From the human T2T-CHM13v2.0 reference genome, Homo sapiens, in the NCBI GenBank assembly GCA_009914755.4, contig CP086569.2:1184001-1248000 (forward strand): a DNA stretch of 64,000 nucleotides. The letters run 5' to 3'. How positions within the stretch are numbered: position 1 is the stretch's first letter; each line of letters begins with the position of its first letter. Of this stretch, positions 1 through 33,560 are shown one piece after another. The position numbers and the translations under genes are program-made. The notes beneath the pieces are model-generated. The model had not been told where the DNA came from, did no database searches, and was given only the letters and a program-made list of their open reading frames with translations.

Positions 1-217
1 CTCTGCCTCCTGGGTTCACGCCATTCTCTTGCCTCAGCCTTCCGAGTAGCTGGGACTACAGGTGCCCGCCACCACGCCTGGCTAATTTTTTGCATTTTTA
101 GTACAGACGGGATTTCACCATGTTAGCCAGGATGGTCTCGATCTCCTGACCTCGTCATCCACCTGCCTCGGCCTCCCAAAGTGCTGGGATTACAGGCATG
201 AGCCACTGCGCCCGGCC
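1..217 (-). mobile_element. Alu (minus orientation), truncated by window edge
   Basis: Ends ...GGGATTACAGGCATGAGCCACTGCGCCCGGCC. Confidence 0.85.
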
Positions 218-478
218 TGTTTGTATTTTTATTAGAGATGGAGTTTCAGCATGTTGGTCAGGCTGGTCTCGAACTCCTGACCTCAGGTGATCCACCCGCC
301 TCGGCCTCCCAAAATGCTGGAATGACAGGCGTGAGCCATTGCACCCGGCTAATGCTGTCTTCTTTGTGGTCACAAAACTTCCCCAGAGAGAGAATTTACA
401 ACACTCATCATTTTTCAGAGGTTTTTGCTTTTAGTCAGAAAAGGGAAGCTCCAAGAAGTTTCTTTCTAGATCTGTTGA

Positions 479-1022
<544 letters not shown>

Positions 1023-1210
1023 TAGCTAATTTTTGTAATTTTTCTTAGCAGACATGGGGTTTCACCATGTCAGTCAGGCTGGTCTTGAACTCCTGACCAC
1101 AGGTGACCCACCCTCCTCGGCCTCCCAAAGTGCTGAGATTATAGGCTCAGCCCCAACTTGGCATATTTTGGATTGACCCATTCTAGTCCCTTTTAAGAAG
1201 TGCAGACAGA

Positions 1211-1629
<419 letters not shown>

Positions 1630-2078
1630 TCAGTACACGCTTGGGGGTTAACTTAAACAGTGACCATCACCAAGCGAAATCTTAAAATGCGAGCAACGTG
1701 GAGCTAAACGGACTGCAAAAAGAAGACCATTGTGTATTGTAGGCACTGTCACAAAAAGGCAGAACCCCGCTTCTTCAGCGTAGCTGAGAACGTCCACATC
1801 AGGCAACTCAGATTTTTTTGCCACACTGCTTATGATGCCTCTGAATGGCCACAAACTTGCCCCAAGTATCAGCCGGGTGCGGTGGCTCATGCCTGTAAAT
1901 TGCATCACTTTGGGAGGCCGAGGTGTGGGTGGATCGCATCATGAGGTCGGGAGTTCGAGACCAGCCTGACCAACGTGGTGAAACCCCTTTTCCACTAAAA
2001 ATACAAAATTACCCCGGCATGGTGGCTCATGCCTGTAATCCCAGAACTTTTGGAGGCTGAGGCAGGAGCATTGCTTGA

Positions 2079-2315
<237 letters not shown>

Positions 2316-2889
2316 TAGTAGAGACGGACTTTCACCGTGTTAGCCAGGATGCTCTCGATCTCCTGACCTCGTGATCCGTCCACCTCAGCCTCCCAAAGTG
2401 CTGGGATTACAGGCATCAGTCAGCACACCTGGCCCACTTACCATCTTAACTGTGTGTGTTTGTTTTTTTTTTTTTTTTTTTTGAAAGGTAGCTCTCCAGA
2501 GAAAGACCCTGTAAGTATCTTTTTCTTTCTCAATGACATCCTGTGATTGGGCCATGAGTCACCTCCAAGTTCAGTGCTCATTTCATGGAACTGTTTAGCT
2601 GTGGGGCCCCACTGAACCCTTTGTGGTCACGCGGCAGCTCTCGGAGGAGCCACGGTTCTCCTGAACGCCCCTGGCTCAGCTACTCAACAATCACACAATG
2701 GACAGAGCGACGTCCTTCCTCCAAAGCTGCCCACTGAGAGATTTTCAGGTCAAAAATTGTAGTGCGTTGAACAGTGACCCTTAACATTTATGTCCACGTT
2801 AACCTCAGAATGGGACATTATTTCAAAATAAGGTCTTTGCAGATGTGATGAAGGAAAGAATCTGAAGATTGGCCGGGCGCGGTGGCTCA

Positions 2890-3403
<514 letters not shown>

Positions 3404-3518
3404 TTATTAAACGTCCATAGTTACTAGTCGGGACTGGCAGGGATGGCTGCAGAGAGGAGCATGTCGTCAGTCACTAGAGGGCAGCAATGTCCCCCACCTT
3501 CAGGCGACCGGATTCTCA

Positions 3519-3815
<297 letters not shown>

Positions 3816-3849
3816 TCATGAGGTCAGGAGATCGAAACCATCCTGGCTA

Positions 3850-4089
<240 letters not shown>

Positions 4090-4231
4090 CTAGCTACTGG
4101 GGAGGCTGAGGTGGGAGGATCACTTGAGTCTGTGAGGTGGAGGTTGCAGTAAGCTAAGATCACGCCGCTGCACTCCAGCCTGGGTGACAGAGTGTAACTC
4201 TGCCTTTAAAAACAAAAACAAAAACAAAACA

Positions 4232-4660
4232 GAGGCCAGGAGGGGTGATTCACGCCTGTAATCCCAGCACTTTGGGAGGTAGAGGCTGGAGGATCACTTG
4301 AGGTCAGGAGTTAGAGGCCAGCCTGGGCCACATAGCAAGATCCTGTCTCTAAGAAAAAGGAAGGAAGGAAGGAAGGAAAAAGAGAAAGGAAAGAAAGAGA
4401 AAGAAAGAAGGAAGGAAGGAAAAAGGAAAAGAAAGGAAAGAAAAAGAAAGAAGAGAGAGAGAAAAAAGAAAGAAAAAGAAAGAGAAAGGGCAAGCAAGCA
4501 AGCAGGGAGGGAGGGAGGGGAGGGAAGGAGGAGGGAAAGAAGGAAGGGAGGGAGGGAGGGAGGAAGGGAAAGAAAGGAAAGAAAAGAAGGAAGGAAGGAA
4601 AGAAAGAAAGAGAAAGAGAGAAAGAAAAGCAAGAAAGGAAAGAAAGAAAAAAGAAAAAGG
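4232..4660 (+). repeat. Alu left monomer whose A-rich tail is expanded into a (GAAA/GGAA)n purine microsatellite (4352-4660)
   Basis: AGGAAGGAAGGAAGG..., GAAAGAAAG..., GGGAGGGAGG blocks. Confidence 0.85.
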
Positions 4661-5104
4661 ACATAAGTGCTTTGGCCCCACTGTGGATGGAGAGGTTGCT
4701 TTTGCCCAGCAGGGCCGCTTGGGCATGACCAAGAAGCACTCTCGTTGCCACCTAACAAAGGCCTGTCTGAGTCGGGACCACGCAAGATGTGGACGCACGC
4801 AGGGAAAGCTGTCAGCAGCTTACACCCATGAAGCCCTTTGCTGTCCTCACCCGGAGGTGCAGACTCTGAGGACCCCTGAGGGAAAGAAAGGCAGGAAAGT
4901 CTGACCTCCTTGTCAGAGCCCTGTGTCCAAGAACTGGGTACTCAGCGATCACAGGACGGTTGGGTTTCTCCGCCTCCTCCCTCAGGTCACAACTCAGCTG
5001 TCTGTGCCCCAAACTGGCCACCGACACCAGGTTCTCTCTTCTTTTAAAGGTTTTCCAGAGAGGTGTACCTGGTGCCCCGTCCTGAGTTGAAAACAAAACA
5101 TACT

Positions 5105-6397
<1,293 letters not shown>

Positions 6398-6854
6398 TCA
6401 AAACAATGAAGAAATAACACATGTCCTAAGAGGCCGTGGCTCCTGATCGGACAGATTTTAATTTCAAAACTTCATCCACGTCTTTGGGTTCAGGCAGGGG
6501 GAGCGATGAACAGGTGCTGACAGCCAGCATCTTTCGAAAGATTTCCTTTGTGTTGACAGACTGAGTTGACACTTGCCCAGTGAAAGAGAGATGATTTGCT
6601 CTCTCTGTGACCACCTGCCCCCCAGGAGCCGGTGACCAAGATAAGCCCCGTGTCCCCAGCCAACCAGTCAAGGTGCCACCTGCGATAGCCCCTGAGTGAC
6701 TCAGGCGGTGCCCACATTACCGTCGGTGACGGTAGCTTTGGTTTTCAGAACCTCTGATCACAAAACAAGGTTTCTCTGGGACACTCTGGCTGTGGCTCTA
6801 CGGATGAGCTCAGCTGTGGAGAAACTTCTGAGTGAGCAGGATGGAGTTATAGAA

Positions 6855-8085
<1,231 letters not shown>

Positions 8086-8168
8086 TTTGCAGGATAGATA
8101 GATTCAAGAGATCTATGGTACAATGCATGGCTGGGCGCAGTGGCTCATGCCTGTAATCCCACCACTTA

Positions 8169-8495
<327 letters not shown>

Positions 8496-8974
8496 TCACG
8501 TTCAGACAGAAGTGGGTCGGTCTTGCAACTGCCGGAGACCGTGGCCCCTGCCCTGGGGGGCTCTGAGCAGTAGCAGAACCAGCCACATTGCAGAAGCCGG
8601 GAACCAGGAGTCAGCCTCACGGTGGGTGGAGGGTGGGGGGCTGGAGGATCCCTCATTTCCCCGGGACAGACCTGCACGTCCACCCTCTTAGAAGCCAGGG
8701 CAAGAGCAAAGAGTGGGCACGTGGTCTGAGAGACCCACTGGTCACGGAAGGTCTCAGCAACACCATCCCCAGGAGGGTCCTTGCAGGCACCTGTGGGGCT
8801 AGTTCCTGGCTCCAGGCAGCCTTTACCGTCCAACCCAGGCAGGAGTGGTTTCCGTGACCCCAGTATTGCCCGTGGAATTCCCCTGAGACGAGGGGCTTTC
8901 CTGGCGAACTTTCCCAGCGAAAACACATCCGGTCACAGGCTTTGCAGCCCCCTCACTCCTGGGATCCCTGGGGA

Positions 8975-9785
<811 letters not shown>

Positions 9786-9894
9786 TGAACTCCTGAGCTC
9801 AGTCAATCCACCCGCCTCAGCCTCCCAAAGTGCTGGGATTACAGGCCTGAGCCTCCGTGCCCGACTGACTACTCCTGGTTTAATTCATCCCAGG

Positions 9895-10492
<598 letters not shown>

Positions 10493-11615
10493 TGAGCCAT
10501 CACGCCTGGCCCGACCCTGAGACATCTTGATCTCAGACTCCTGACCTCCAGGACTGGGGGATAGGATGTTGTGATCAAGGTGCGGCTTCTGGCATGGAGA
10601 TTGGCAAGGCCCGAGATTGCTCCAGCAGGCACACAGGAGGGCTGCGTCACCAGAGGGAGACCTGAGGTCTCCAGCCATCACCCAGGCTGCGGAAGAGCAG
10701 CGGACGGAAACCCAGAGGAAGGTTAACCAAAGCCAGGTCCCATCCCACTTACCTGGCCACTGTGCACCCCTCAACATCCTCACAAGGGATGCCTCAGCCT
10801 CCCGCCTAGCTGGGATGACAGGCACCTGCCATCATGTCCAGCTCATTTTTTTCTTTTTCTTTTTGAGACGGAGTCTTGCTGTGTTGCCCAGGCTGGAGTG
10901 CAGTGGCACCATCTCAGCTCACTGCTACCTCCGCCTCCCGGGGTTCAAGTGATTCCCCTGCCTCAGCCTCCCCAGTAGCTGGGAGGCAGAGGTAGCAGTG
11001 AGCCGAGATCTCGCCACTGCACTCCAGCCTGGGCGACAGAGCAAGACTCCGTCTCCAAAAAAAGAGAAAAATTTAGCTGGACATGATGGCAGGTGCCTGT
11101 CATCCCAGCTACTTGGGAAGCTGAGGCAGGAGAATGGCGTGAACCCAGGAGGAAGAGCTTGCAGTGAGGCGACATCGCACCACCACCCTCCAGCCTGGGC
11201 AACAGAGCAAGACTCCATATCAAAAAAAAAAAAAAAAATATGAGCTGAACATGATGGCAGGTGCCTGTCATCCCAGCTACTGCGGAAGCTGAGGCAGGAG
11301 AATCGCTTGAACCCGGGAGGTGGAGCTTGCAGCGAGCCTAGATTATGCCACTGCTCTCCAGCCTGGACGACAGAGCGAGACTCCGTCTCAAAGAACAAAG
11401 AAAAAGTCGGCTGTGCTCCTGGCATGGGTGGCACACATACGAGGGTCTGCACACACAGGTGCACGCCTTGCTGCGTTAAGGAGGTTCTATTTCGGGTGTC
11501 TCCCATCTGTGTTATCTCCCAGACTCACCCACCATCCCTTCTCATTTCCTTGTTTCTGTTCCTCCTGCCCAAGTCCTGCCAAGGCCGCCACCCCTCCCGC
11601 AAGCTTCTGAAGCTA

Positions 11616-13535
<1,920 letters not shown>

Positions 13536-13995
13536 GACTGATCATCTAAAGGGCTATTTTCTTTCTTTCTTTTTTTTTTTTTTTTTGAGACAGAGTCTTC
13601 CTCTGTCACCAGGCTGGAGTGCAGTGGCATGATCTTGGCTCACTGTAACCTCCGCCTCCTTGGTTCAAGCCAAATTCTCCTGGCCCAGCCTCCTGACTAG
13701 CTGGGACTACAGGTGCCCACAAGCACACCCAGCTAATTTTTTTTGTTTTTTGTATTTTTAGTAGAGACAGGGTTTCACCGTGTTAGCCAGGATGGTCTCG
13801 ATCTTCTGACCTCGTGATACGCCACCTCGGCCTCCCAAAGTGCTGGGATGACAGGCTTGAGCCACACATGTGATAAAATTACTTAGAACTGAATGCTTAG
13901 TAATACTGGGAACACCCAAGTAAGATTGTATCAATCTCCAGGTTGCAACATTGCAACCCTCATTTTGTAAGATGTTACCAAGGAAAAAAAACTGA

Positions 13996-14428
<433 letters not shown>

Positions 14429-14629
14429 TGATCTGCCCGCCTCGGCCTCCCAAAGTGCTGGGATGACAGGTGTGAGGCACCGCGCCCGGCCTGCCGCCAT
14501 GGTTTTCTTAATACCATTCTTTTCTGTAGCCTAGTTAATTGCAAGAATGCAGTATAGCATACACAGAGCATAACAAATATGTATGAATCAACTGTTTATG
14601 TTATCAGTAAGGCTTCTGGTTAACACTAG

Positions 14630-14890
<261 letters not shown>

Positions 14891-15127
14891 TGAACCCCTG
14901 ACCTCAGGTGATGCACCCACCTTGGCCTCCCACAGAGCTGGGATTACAGGCGTGAGCCACTGGGCCCCGCCCTGTATTTGGATTTTTGAGTGCACGAGGT
15001 GGCAGTGTCTGTAACCTGCACATTGCCTAAGAGTTAATTCTGTATCAAAACATCTTGTTTGTACGTTAAATATATCCAGTTAAAAAAAAATAAGGAAGCG
15101 GTTAGCCATGAGTTGACATCACATTTA

Positions 15128-17115
<1,988 letters not shown>

Positions 17116-17480
17116 ATAAGATCTGTCATCTGAGACCGGGGGCCACCTCCCTGTCTGGGTGCTGTTTCCCACGAGACAGGGAGGAAACACAGGCAGGAGC
17201 CCCTGGACACCAGCGTTCACGCCTCCAAGGCTGAATTTACTATGTCAGGAAGTTGCCCAACCCTGCCTGTATAGCCAGCAAGAATTCTAATTATAGCAAA
17301 CAGAAACACTTGCAGAAAAAAAAAAAAATGAGAACGGGAACATGATAATTTTCAAAGAAAGAGTCTTTCTTTCAAGGAAAGTCAGGTTCATGGTTACGAA
17401 GCTGCTGACCCCAGGATCCCAGCCCGTGGGAGAGAAGGGGGTCTCTGACAGCCCCCACCCCTCCCCACTGCCAGATCCTT

Positions 17481-17485
17481 ATTGG
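17481..17485 (+). promoter_or_regulatory. IL3RA: Inverted CCAAT box (ATTGG) ~40 bp upstream of TATA-like motif, putative IL3RA core promoter
   Basis: ATTGG in unique non-repeat DNA; spacing to TATAAAA at 17521 is typical of a CCAAT/TATA promoter; sequence only. Confidence 0.3.
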
Positions 17486-17520
17486 GTCTGAGTTTCAGGG
17501 GTGGGGCCCCAGCTGGAGGT

Positions 17521-17527
17521 TATAAAA
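17521..17527 (+). promoter_or_regulatory. IL3RA: TATA-like element TATAAAA upstream of putative IL3RA exon 1
   Basis: TATAAAA in a unique, non-Alu stretch ~170 bp upstream of a canonical donor (AAG|GTAAGG at 17691/17692); transcription start site (TSS) predicted ~17550. Confidence 0.35.
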
Positions 17528-17549
17528 CAGCTCAATCGGGGAGTACAAC

Positions 17550-17691
17550 CTTCGGTTTCTCTTCGGGGAAAGCTGCTTTCAGCGCACACGGGAAGATATC
17601 AGAAACATCCTAGGATCAGGACACCCCAGATCTTCTCAACTGGAACCACGAAGGCTGTTTCTTCCACACAGTACTTTGATCTCCATTTAAG
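17550..17691 (+). other. IL3RA: Putative IL3RA exon 1 (5' UTR, non-coding); 5' end uncertain
   Basis: Unique segment ending in a strong donor TTTAAG|GTAAGG; ~4.8 kb upstream of exon 2 acceptor (CTCCTCCAG|CAGGCACC at 22489/22490); IL3RA is known to have a non-coding first exon; TSS not verifiable from sequence. Confidence 0.45.
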
Positions 17692-18231
17692 GTAAGGTCC
17701 CCCCTCCAGGGTGGGATGAGGGAAAAAGAGGGCAGGCAGGGGAGGCGGTGGACTGTGGGTTCCCAAATCCAAGCTGGCAGACACGGGGCATTGGCATGTA
17801 ACAGGTTTCTGCTGAGACCTGCTGTCCGTGTGGGCACCACACCACACATAGAATGACCCGGTACCAGAGAAGTATGTTTGCGATCTCATTCACCCTTTTG
17901 TAAGTGGATCGGACGCTGAAGCCATCATAGCATGTTAGATGCCTTGGGTTTATAAAGGTGATAGCATTAGGAGTAATTTGACAGTGCTTTCTGCTTTTTC
18001 TGTGTGCTTGCTAGAAAATGTACACACCTACACATGGCTAGAGTTCTCTGTTTATTAGAAAGCGCTGGTTCAGTTAGTCAATGAGCTCACGCCCAGGGCG
18101 AGCTGACTGCCAGCCGGGGAGCCGCTTTTGGGGCTGGGACCCCAGCCTGCTTGTAGTGTTTCTCAGTGGTTTTCAAAGGCTGGCGGGACTCAGAATGTTC
18201 CAGATGGCTGGTGAAACCTCAGGTCCCTCCT

Positions 18232-19771
<1,540 letters not shown>

Positions 19772-19794
19772 TAGTAGAGATTTTGTATGTTTAG

Positions 19795-19929
<135 letters not shown>

Positions 19930-20304
19930 TAAGAGCACAGATTTCCCAACGTTCTGACTCAGGCATCTTCCTGGACCACAGCCCCTACAGGCAAGTGTGA
20001 CTGTGTGTGGTGAGCCCATGAGCTGAACACAGGCTCTGTCCGAAAGGAGACTCTAGAGATTGCCTGTTGCCTTGGAGGTGGGCTGCGGTCCCTCTGCCCA
20101 GGCAGGAAGGGGCTCCGAGGCCTCTGGAACCTCATTTTACCTTTTCCCTGCTGCCCTCAGTCCCGTCCCCAGCCTCAAGGGGCTCAGCTTTTTCCAGGCT
20201 CACCCCTTCCATTTATAATTTGGAGACAAGCAAGGTCCACTGACGCTAACGCCATTTGGTTCTTTAAAAGATGTTAGGCCGGGCGCGGTGGCTCACGCCT
20301 GTCA

Positions 20305-22350
<2,046 letters not shown>

Positions 22351-22527
22351 CACACTCACCACCGCTTTCCCTCCAGAAGCAGCTCCTTCTGCTGTGAGCA
22401 CCAGGCTCTGGAAGGGGCAAGCGTCCTTCATTACCCGCAACCCAGTTTCACAGCCAGTCCCCGCTGCCTGACTCTCGTTTCTCCTCCAGCAGGCACCTCT
22501 GTCCTGCGTTCCGGAGCTGCGTTCCCG

Positions 22528-22591
22528 ATGGTCCTCCTTTGGCTCACGCTGCTCCTGATCGCCCTGCCCTGTCTCCTGCAAACGAAGGAAG
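22528..22591 (+). CDS. IL3RA: IL3RA coding exon (exon 2; exon spans 22490-22591, ATG at 22528): signal peptide MVLLWLTLLLIALPCLLQTKE + 1 nt
   Basis: ATG then hydrophobic signal peptide; donor G|GTAAGA at 22592; phase joins exon 3 to give ...KE-D-PNPP. Confidence 0.9.
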
Positions 22592-22823
22592 GTAAGAACT
22601 GGAGAAAAGATGCACGTGCCACCTGGGGAGCGGTGGGGGTAGACAGACACACAATGTCAGCGTGCCGTCCTTCAGGGAAACTTTTCATGCTGAGCTTATG
22701 GCAGAGTCTCATGCAGTGGTCGGGAATGACTCAGACACTTCCCTGTACCCGTCACCAAGTTCCCTGTAATGCAGCATCTTGCAAAATGGTAATACGACCT
22801 CACAGGCAGGGACCTGATCGTGA

Positions 22824-23896
<1,073 letters not shown>

Positions 23897-24145
23897 TTAA
23901 GGGATAAATTATCCTTCTAAGTTAGAAGAAAATAATGCCAGAAGTCTAGACATTCTTATGCTTTGGTCCCGCTTATCAAACCAAGGTTGCTGACCTTGAT
24001 AACCACTCAAGATCCTTACAGTTTATAAAGTCATTTCCTTAAGTTTTCTAAGTGGCCGATCAGAGATAAACCCTAGAGAAATAGTTGATGTATGTTTCTA
24101 GCTTTGGGTGACCAGCAAAATGTGATAGAATATTGCCTTTTACTG

Positions 24146-24447
24146 GCCGGGTGCAACGGCTCACGTCTGTAATCCCAGCACTTTGGGAGGCTGAGGCGGG
24201 TGGATCACTTGAGGTCAGGAGTTCAAAACCAGCTTGGCCATCATGGTGAAACCCCGTCTGTACTAAAAATACAAAAAAATTAGCTGGGCGCGGTGCTGTG
24301 CACCTGTAATCCCTGCTACTCAGGAGGCTGAGGCAGGAGAATCACTTGAACCCGGGAGGCGGAGGTTGCCGTGAGCCAAGATCACGCCATTGCACTCCAA
24401 CCTGGGTGACAGAGCGAGGCTCCATCTCAAAAAAAAAAAAAAAAAAA
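24146..24447 (+). mobile_element. Alu (+) with intact 13-bp target-site duplication GAATATTGCCTTT (24128-24140 and 24448-24460)
   Basis: Identical direct repeats flanking the Alu and its poly-A. Confidence 0.9.
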
Positions 24448-24576
24448 GAATATTGCCTTTAACATCTTTGTACAGGTCATTTATGAAATATCTTGAGCTC
24501 TGTGATGGCTAAGAGAGACCTTCTTTTTCTTTCTTTCTTTTTTTTTTTTTGAGACGGAGTTTTTTTGTTTTTTTGA

Positions 24577-24684
<108 letters not shown>

Positions 24685-25199
24685 TAGCTGGGATTACAGG
24701 CGCCCGCCACCACGCCCAACTAATTTTTGTATTTTTAGTCGCGACGGGGTTTCACCGTGTTAGCCAGGATGGTCTTGATCACTTGACCTGGTGATCCGCC
24801 CACCTTGGCCTCCCAAAGTGCTGGGATGACGGGCGTGAGCCACCGCGCCCGTTTGCTTTATGACTTCTACCAGCTCACAGAAGTCTCCTGTCTACATAGA
24901 ACTCCACTTCCCAGCCAGGCTCAGTAACTCACGTCTGTGATCCCAGCACTTTGGGAGGCTGAGGCAGGCAGATCATGTGAGGTTGGGAGTTCGAGACCAG
25001 CCTGGCCAACATGGTGAAACCCCATCTCTAGTAAAAATACAAAAATTAGCCGAGTGTGGTGGCAGGCACCTGTTATCCCAGCTGCACAGCAGGCTGACAC
25101 AGGATAATCGCTTGAACCCGGGAGGCGGAGGTTGTAGTGAGCCGAGATCGCGCCACTGAATTCCAGCCTGGGCGACAGAGTGAGACTCCGTCTCAAAAC

Positions 25200-26555
<1,356 letters not shown>

Positions 26556-26861
26556 CAGACTCTCTAATGTTGACGAACAAGACGTTTCCGTCTTCTGCAG
26601 GAATCTCAGAACCAATACTGCTCCCATCGCTGGTGTCATGACTACCTGGTTTCTGCCCCGAAGTCAGGTGTGGGATTTGAAGTGACTTTGGAGCGTCTGG
26701 TTCCCCGTCCGCGGGACATCTAAGATGGCACACACTGGACAGGGTGGATGTGAAAGTGAAATGAGGCTAAGCTATGACTGGTGCGAAACCCAACCCCACG
26801 CTGGGCGTGGTGGCTCACGTCTGTAATCCCAGCACTTTGGGAGGCTGAGGCGGGCGGATCA

Positions 26862-27537
<676 letters not shown>

Positions 27538-28587
27538 CTATTTACAAGTCAGTGTCTTATGGGAAAGGAGCACGTTTCCCTGAGAACCTATTTGGTCCCC
27601 TCCAAGAGCTATGTTCGTTCAATACAATTCAAATCACGGCCCTTCATGCGTCTGCTCGGGCCACCATTATAAAATCCTACCCCCAGCTCCAAATACAGTC
27701 CCATTGAACTTTGTGATTTTGGAGAGTAGAGATAAAACAGTCTAGAATCCCAGAGCGATTTTACCATACCATGGCAAACTGACTCTCAACTTTAGAAACA
27801 CAAATGCTGAAAAAAAAAACTAAGGAAATTTTGAAAAAGAAGGTGAATGAAGGAGAACCTGCCTTACCTATATCAAAAGGCACTGAAAAGTTCATACCCA
27901 ATGTGCGGATTGCTATAAGAATACACAAGTAGGCCGGGCGCGGTGGCTCACGCCTGTCATCCCAGCACTTTGGAGGCCGAGGCGGGAGGATCACGAGGTC
28001 AGGAGATCGAGACCATCCCGGCTAACACGGTGAAACCCCGTCACTACTAAAAATATAAAAAATTAGCCGGGCGTGGTGGCTGGTGCCTGTAGTCCCAGCT
28101 ACTCGGGAGGCTGAGGCAGGGGAATGGCTTGAACCTGGGAGGCAGAAGCTTGCAGTGAGCCGAGATCGCGCCACTGCACTCCAGCCTGGGCGACAGAGCG
28201 AGACTCTGTCTCAAAAAAACAAAAACAAAAGCAAACAAAACGAAGAATATACAAGTAGATTAATGAAATGTGGCCGGGTGCGGTGGTGAGGCAGGAGAAT
28301 TGCTTGAACCCGAGAGGTGGAGGTTGCAGTGAGCTGAGATCGCACCACTGAAGTCTAGCCTGGGCAAGCGGAGTGAGGCCCTGTCTTAACAAAAAAACAA
28401 AGAAACAAAAAACAAACAAACAAGAAAAAAACAAAGCAAAACAAACAGAAAAGTATTTCACTAATATTTACTGCTAAGTGGGATTATTTTTATTCAAGCT
28501 TTTGTATCTTTAGAAAAAAATTGTGGCCGGGCGCGGTGGCTCACGCCTGTCATCCCAGCACTTTGGGAGGCCGAGGAGGGTGGATCA

Positions 28588-29120
<533 letters not shown>

Positions 29121-29199
29121 TCAAAAAAAATCTGAACATCATTAGCGTCAAATTAAGCATGGTCTCTCAGCAGCCATCATAGTCCTATGTCTCTCTTAG

Positions 29200-29314
29200 G
29201 CAGTGAACAATAGCTATTGCCAGTTTGGAGCAATTTCCTTATGTGAAGTGACCAACTACACCGTCCGAGTGGCCAACCCACCATTCTCCACGTGGATCCT
29301 CTTCCCTGAGAACA
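29200..29314 (+). CDS. IL3RA: IL3RA exon 4 (115 nt): AVNNSYCQFGAISLCEVTNYTVRVANPPFSTWILFPEN(S)
   Basis: Acceptor CTCTCTTAG|GCAGTG; donor AACA|GTGAGA; exons 3+4 = 234 nt (in frame). Confidence 0.9.
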
Positions 29315-29349
29315 GTGAGAAAAATGTTCATTGTTTGTTTATTCTCTAT

Positions 29350-30230
<881 letters not shown>

Positions 30231-30406
30231 TGAGCCACCGCGCCCAGCCTTAAATACTTTTTGTAGAGATGGGGTGTCGCTATGTTACCTGAGCTGGTCT
30301 CAAACTCCTAGGCTCAAGTGATCCTCCCGCCTCAGTCTCCCAAAGTGCAGGGATTGTAAGCATCAGCCACCACGCCTGGCCTCTTCTTTGTTTTTGAATT
30401 AATTAG

Positions 30407-30610
<204 letters not shown>

Positions 30611-30851
30611 TAAGTAGAGACGGGGCTTCACCATGTTGGTCTCGAACTCCTGACCTTGTGATCCACCCGCCTCAGCCTCCCAAAGTGCTGGGATGACAGG
30701 CGGGAGCCACTGTGCCGGGCCTCAATTTAATTATTTTTAAGTTTAATGGATTTCCAGGGAGTTATGCCGAGTCGGAAAAAAAAGACCACTCCAGAGCGTG
30801 ACACACACAGTGATTTCATTAATACAACTGTCTTGAAATGGCAAAATTTTA

Positions 30852-31372
<521 letters not shown>

Positions 31373-31561
31373 TTAAAAAGAAATTAGCGGCCGGGCCCAG
31401 TGGCTCACACCTGTAATGCCAGCACTTTGGGAGGCCGAGGCGGGTGGATCACGAGGTCAGGAGATCGAGACCATCCCGGCTAACATGGTGAAACCCCATC
31501 TCTACTAAAAATACAAAATTAGCCAGGGGTGGTGGCACATGCCTGTAGTCCCAGCTACTCA

Positions 31562-32040
<479 letters not shown>

Positions 32041-32111
32041 TTACAACGGCTTGTGTATCTACCATGGTCTCAAAATACAAAAGGCACTCTAAAAAGGAAT
32101 TAGAGTTTTAT

Positions 32112-32840
<729 letters not shown>

Positions 32841-32876
32841 CCCGATTCGAGTTCTCTTTCATGTTTGTGAACCCAG

Positions 32877-33009
32877 GTGGGAAGCCTTGGGCAGGTGCGG
32901 AGAATCTGACCTGCTGGATTCATGACGTGGATTTCTTGAGCTGCAGCTGGGCGGTAGGCCCGGGGGCCCCCGCGGACGTCCAGTACGACCTGTACTTGAA
33001 CGTTGCCAA
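32877..33009 (+). CDS. IL3RA: IL3RA exon 5 (133 nt): (S)[43 protein letters not shown](N)
   Basis: Acceptor GAACCCAG|GTGGG; donor GCCAA|GTAGGT; WSXWS-family cytokine-receptor fold residues (CW...C...W). Confidence 0.9.
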
Positions 33010-33098
33010 GTAGGTGTGCCCTTGGGCAGAGGCCGGGCTGTCCCTGGTGCGGGTGCCATCGGCGTGGGGTCGTCCCCCAACCTTACCGCTTACCGCAG

Positions 33099-33283
33099 CA
33101 GGCGTCAACAGTACGAGTGTCTTCACTACAAAACGGATGCTCAGGGAACACGTATCGGGTGTCGTTTCGATGACATCTCTCGACTCTCCAGCGGTTCTCA
33201 AAGTTCCCACATCCTGGTGCGGGGCAGGAGCGCAGCCTTCGGTATCCCCTGCACAGATAAGTTTGTCGTCTTTTCACAGATTG
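33099..33283 (+). CDS. IL3RA: IL3RA exon 6 (185 nt): (N)RRQQYECLHYKTDAQGTRIGCRFDDISRLSSGSQSSHILVRGRSAAFGIPCTDKFVVFSQI(E)
   Basis: Acceptor TACCGCAG|CAGGCG after an 89-nt intron; donor ATTG|GTGAGT. Confidence 0.9.
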
Positions 33284-33560
33284 GTGAGTAGCCCGGGACA
33301 CTCCCTCCCACCCTCAGTTCTGTGATACCACGGCTTTAGCGCCAGGCCAGATCCCACGGGACCACGTGGCTCCCAACGCAGACGTTGGCCTCTCACATTT
33401 CCAGAGGCTGGACGTTGGAGGTCAGGGTGCTGGCTGGCTGGGCTCCTCGGGAGGTCTCTTCCTGGCTTGGAGAGAGGGTCATCTTCTCACTGTGTCTTCA
33501 TGTGGTGGAGAGAGAGAGAGAGATGAAGTTCTGGGGTCTCTTGTTAGAAGGGCACTAACA

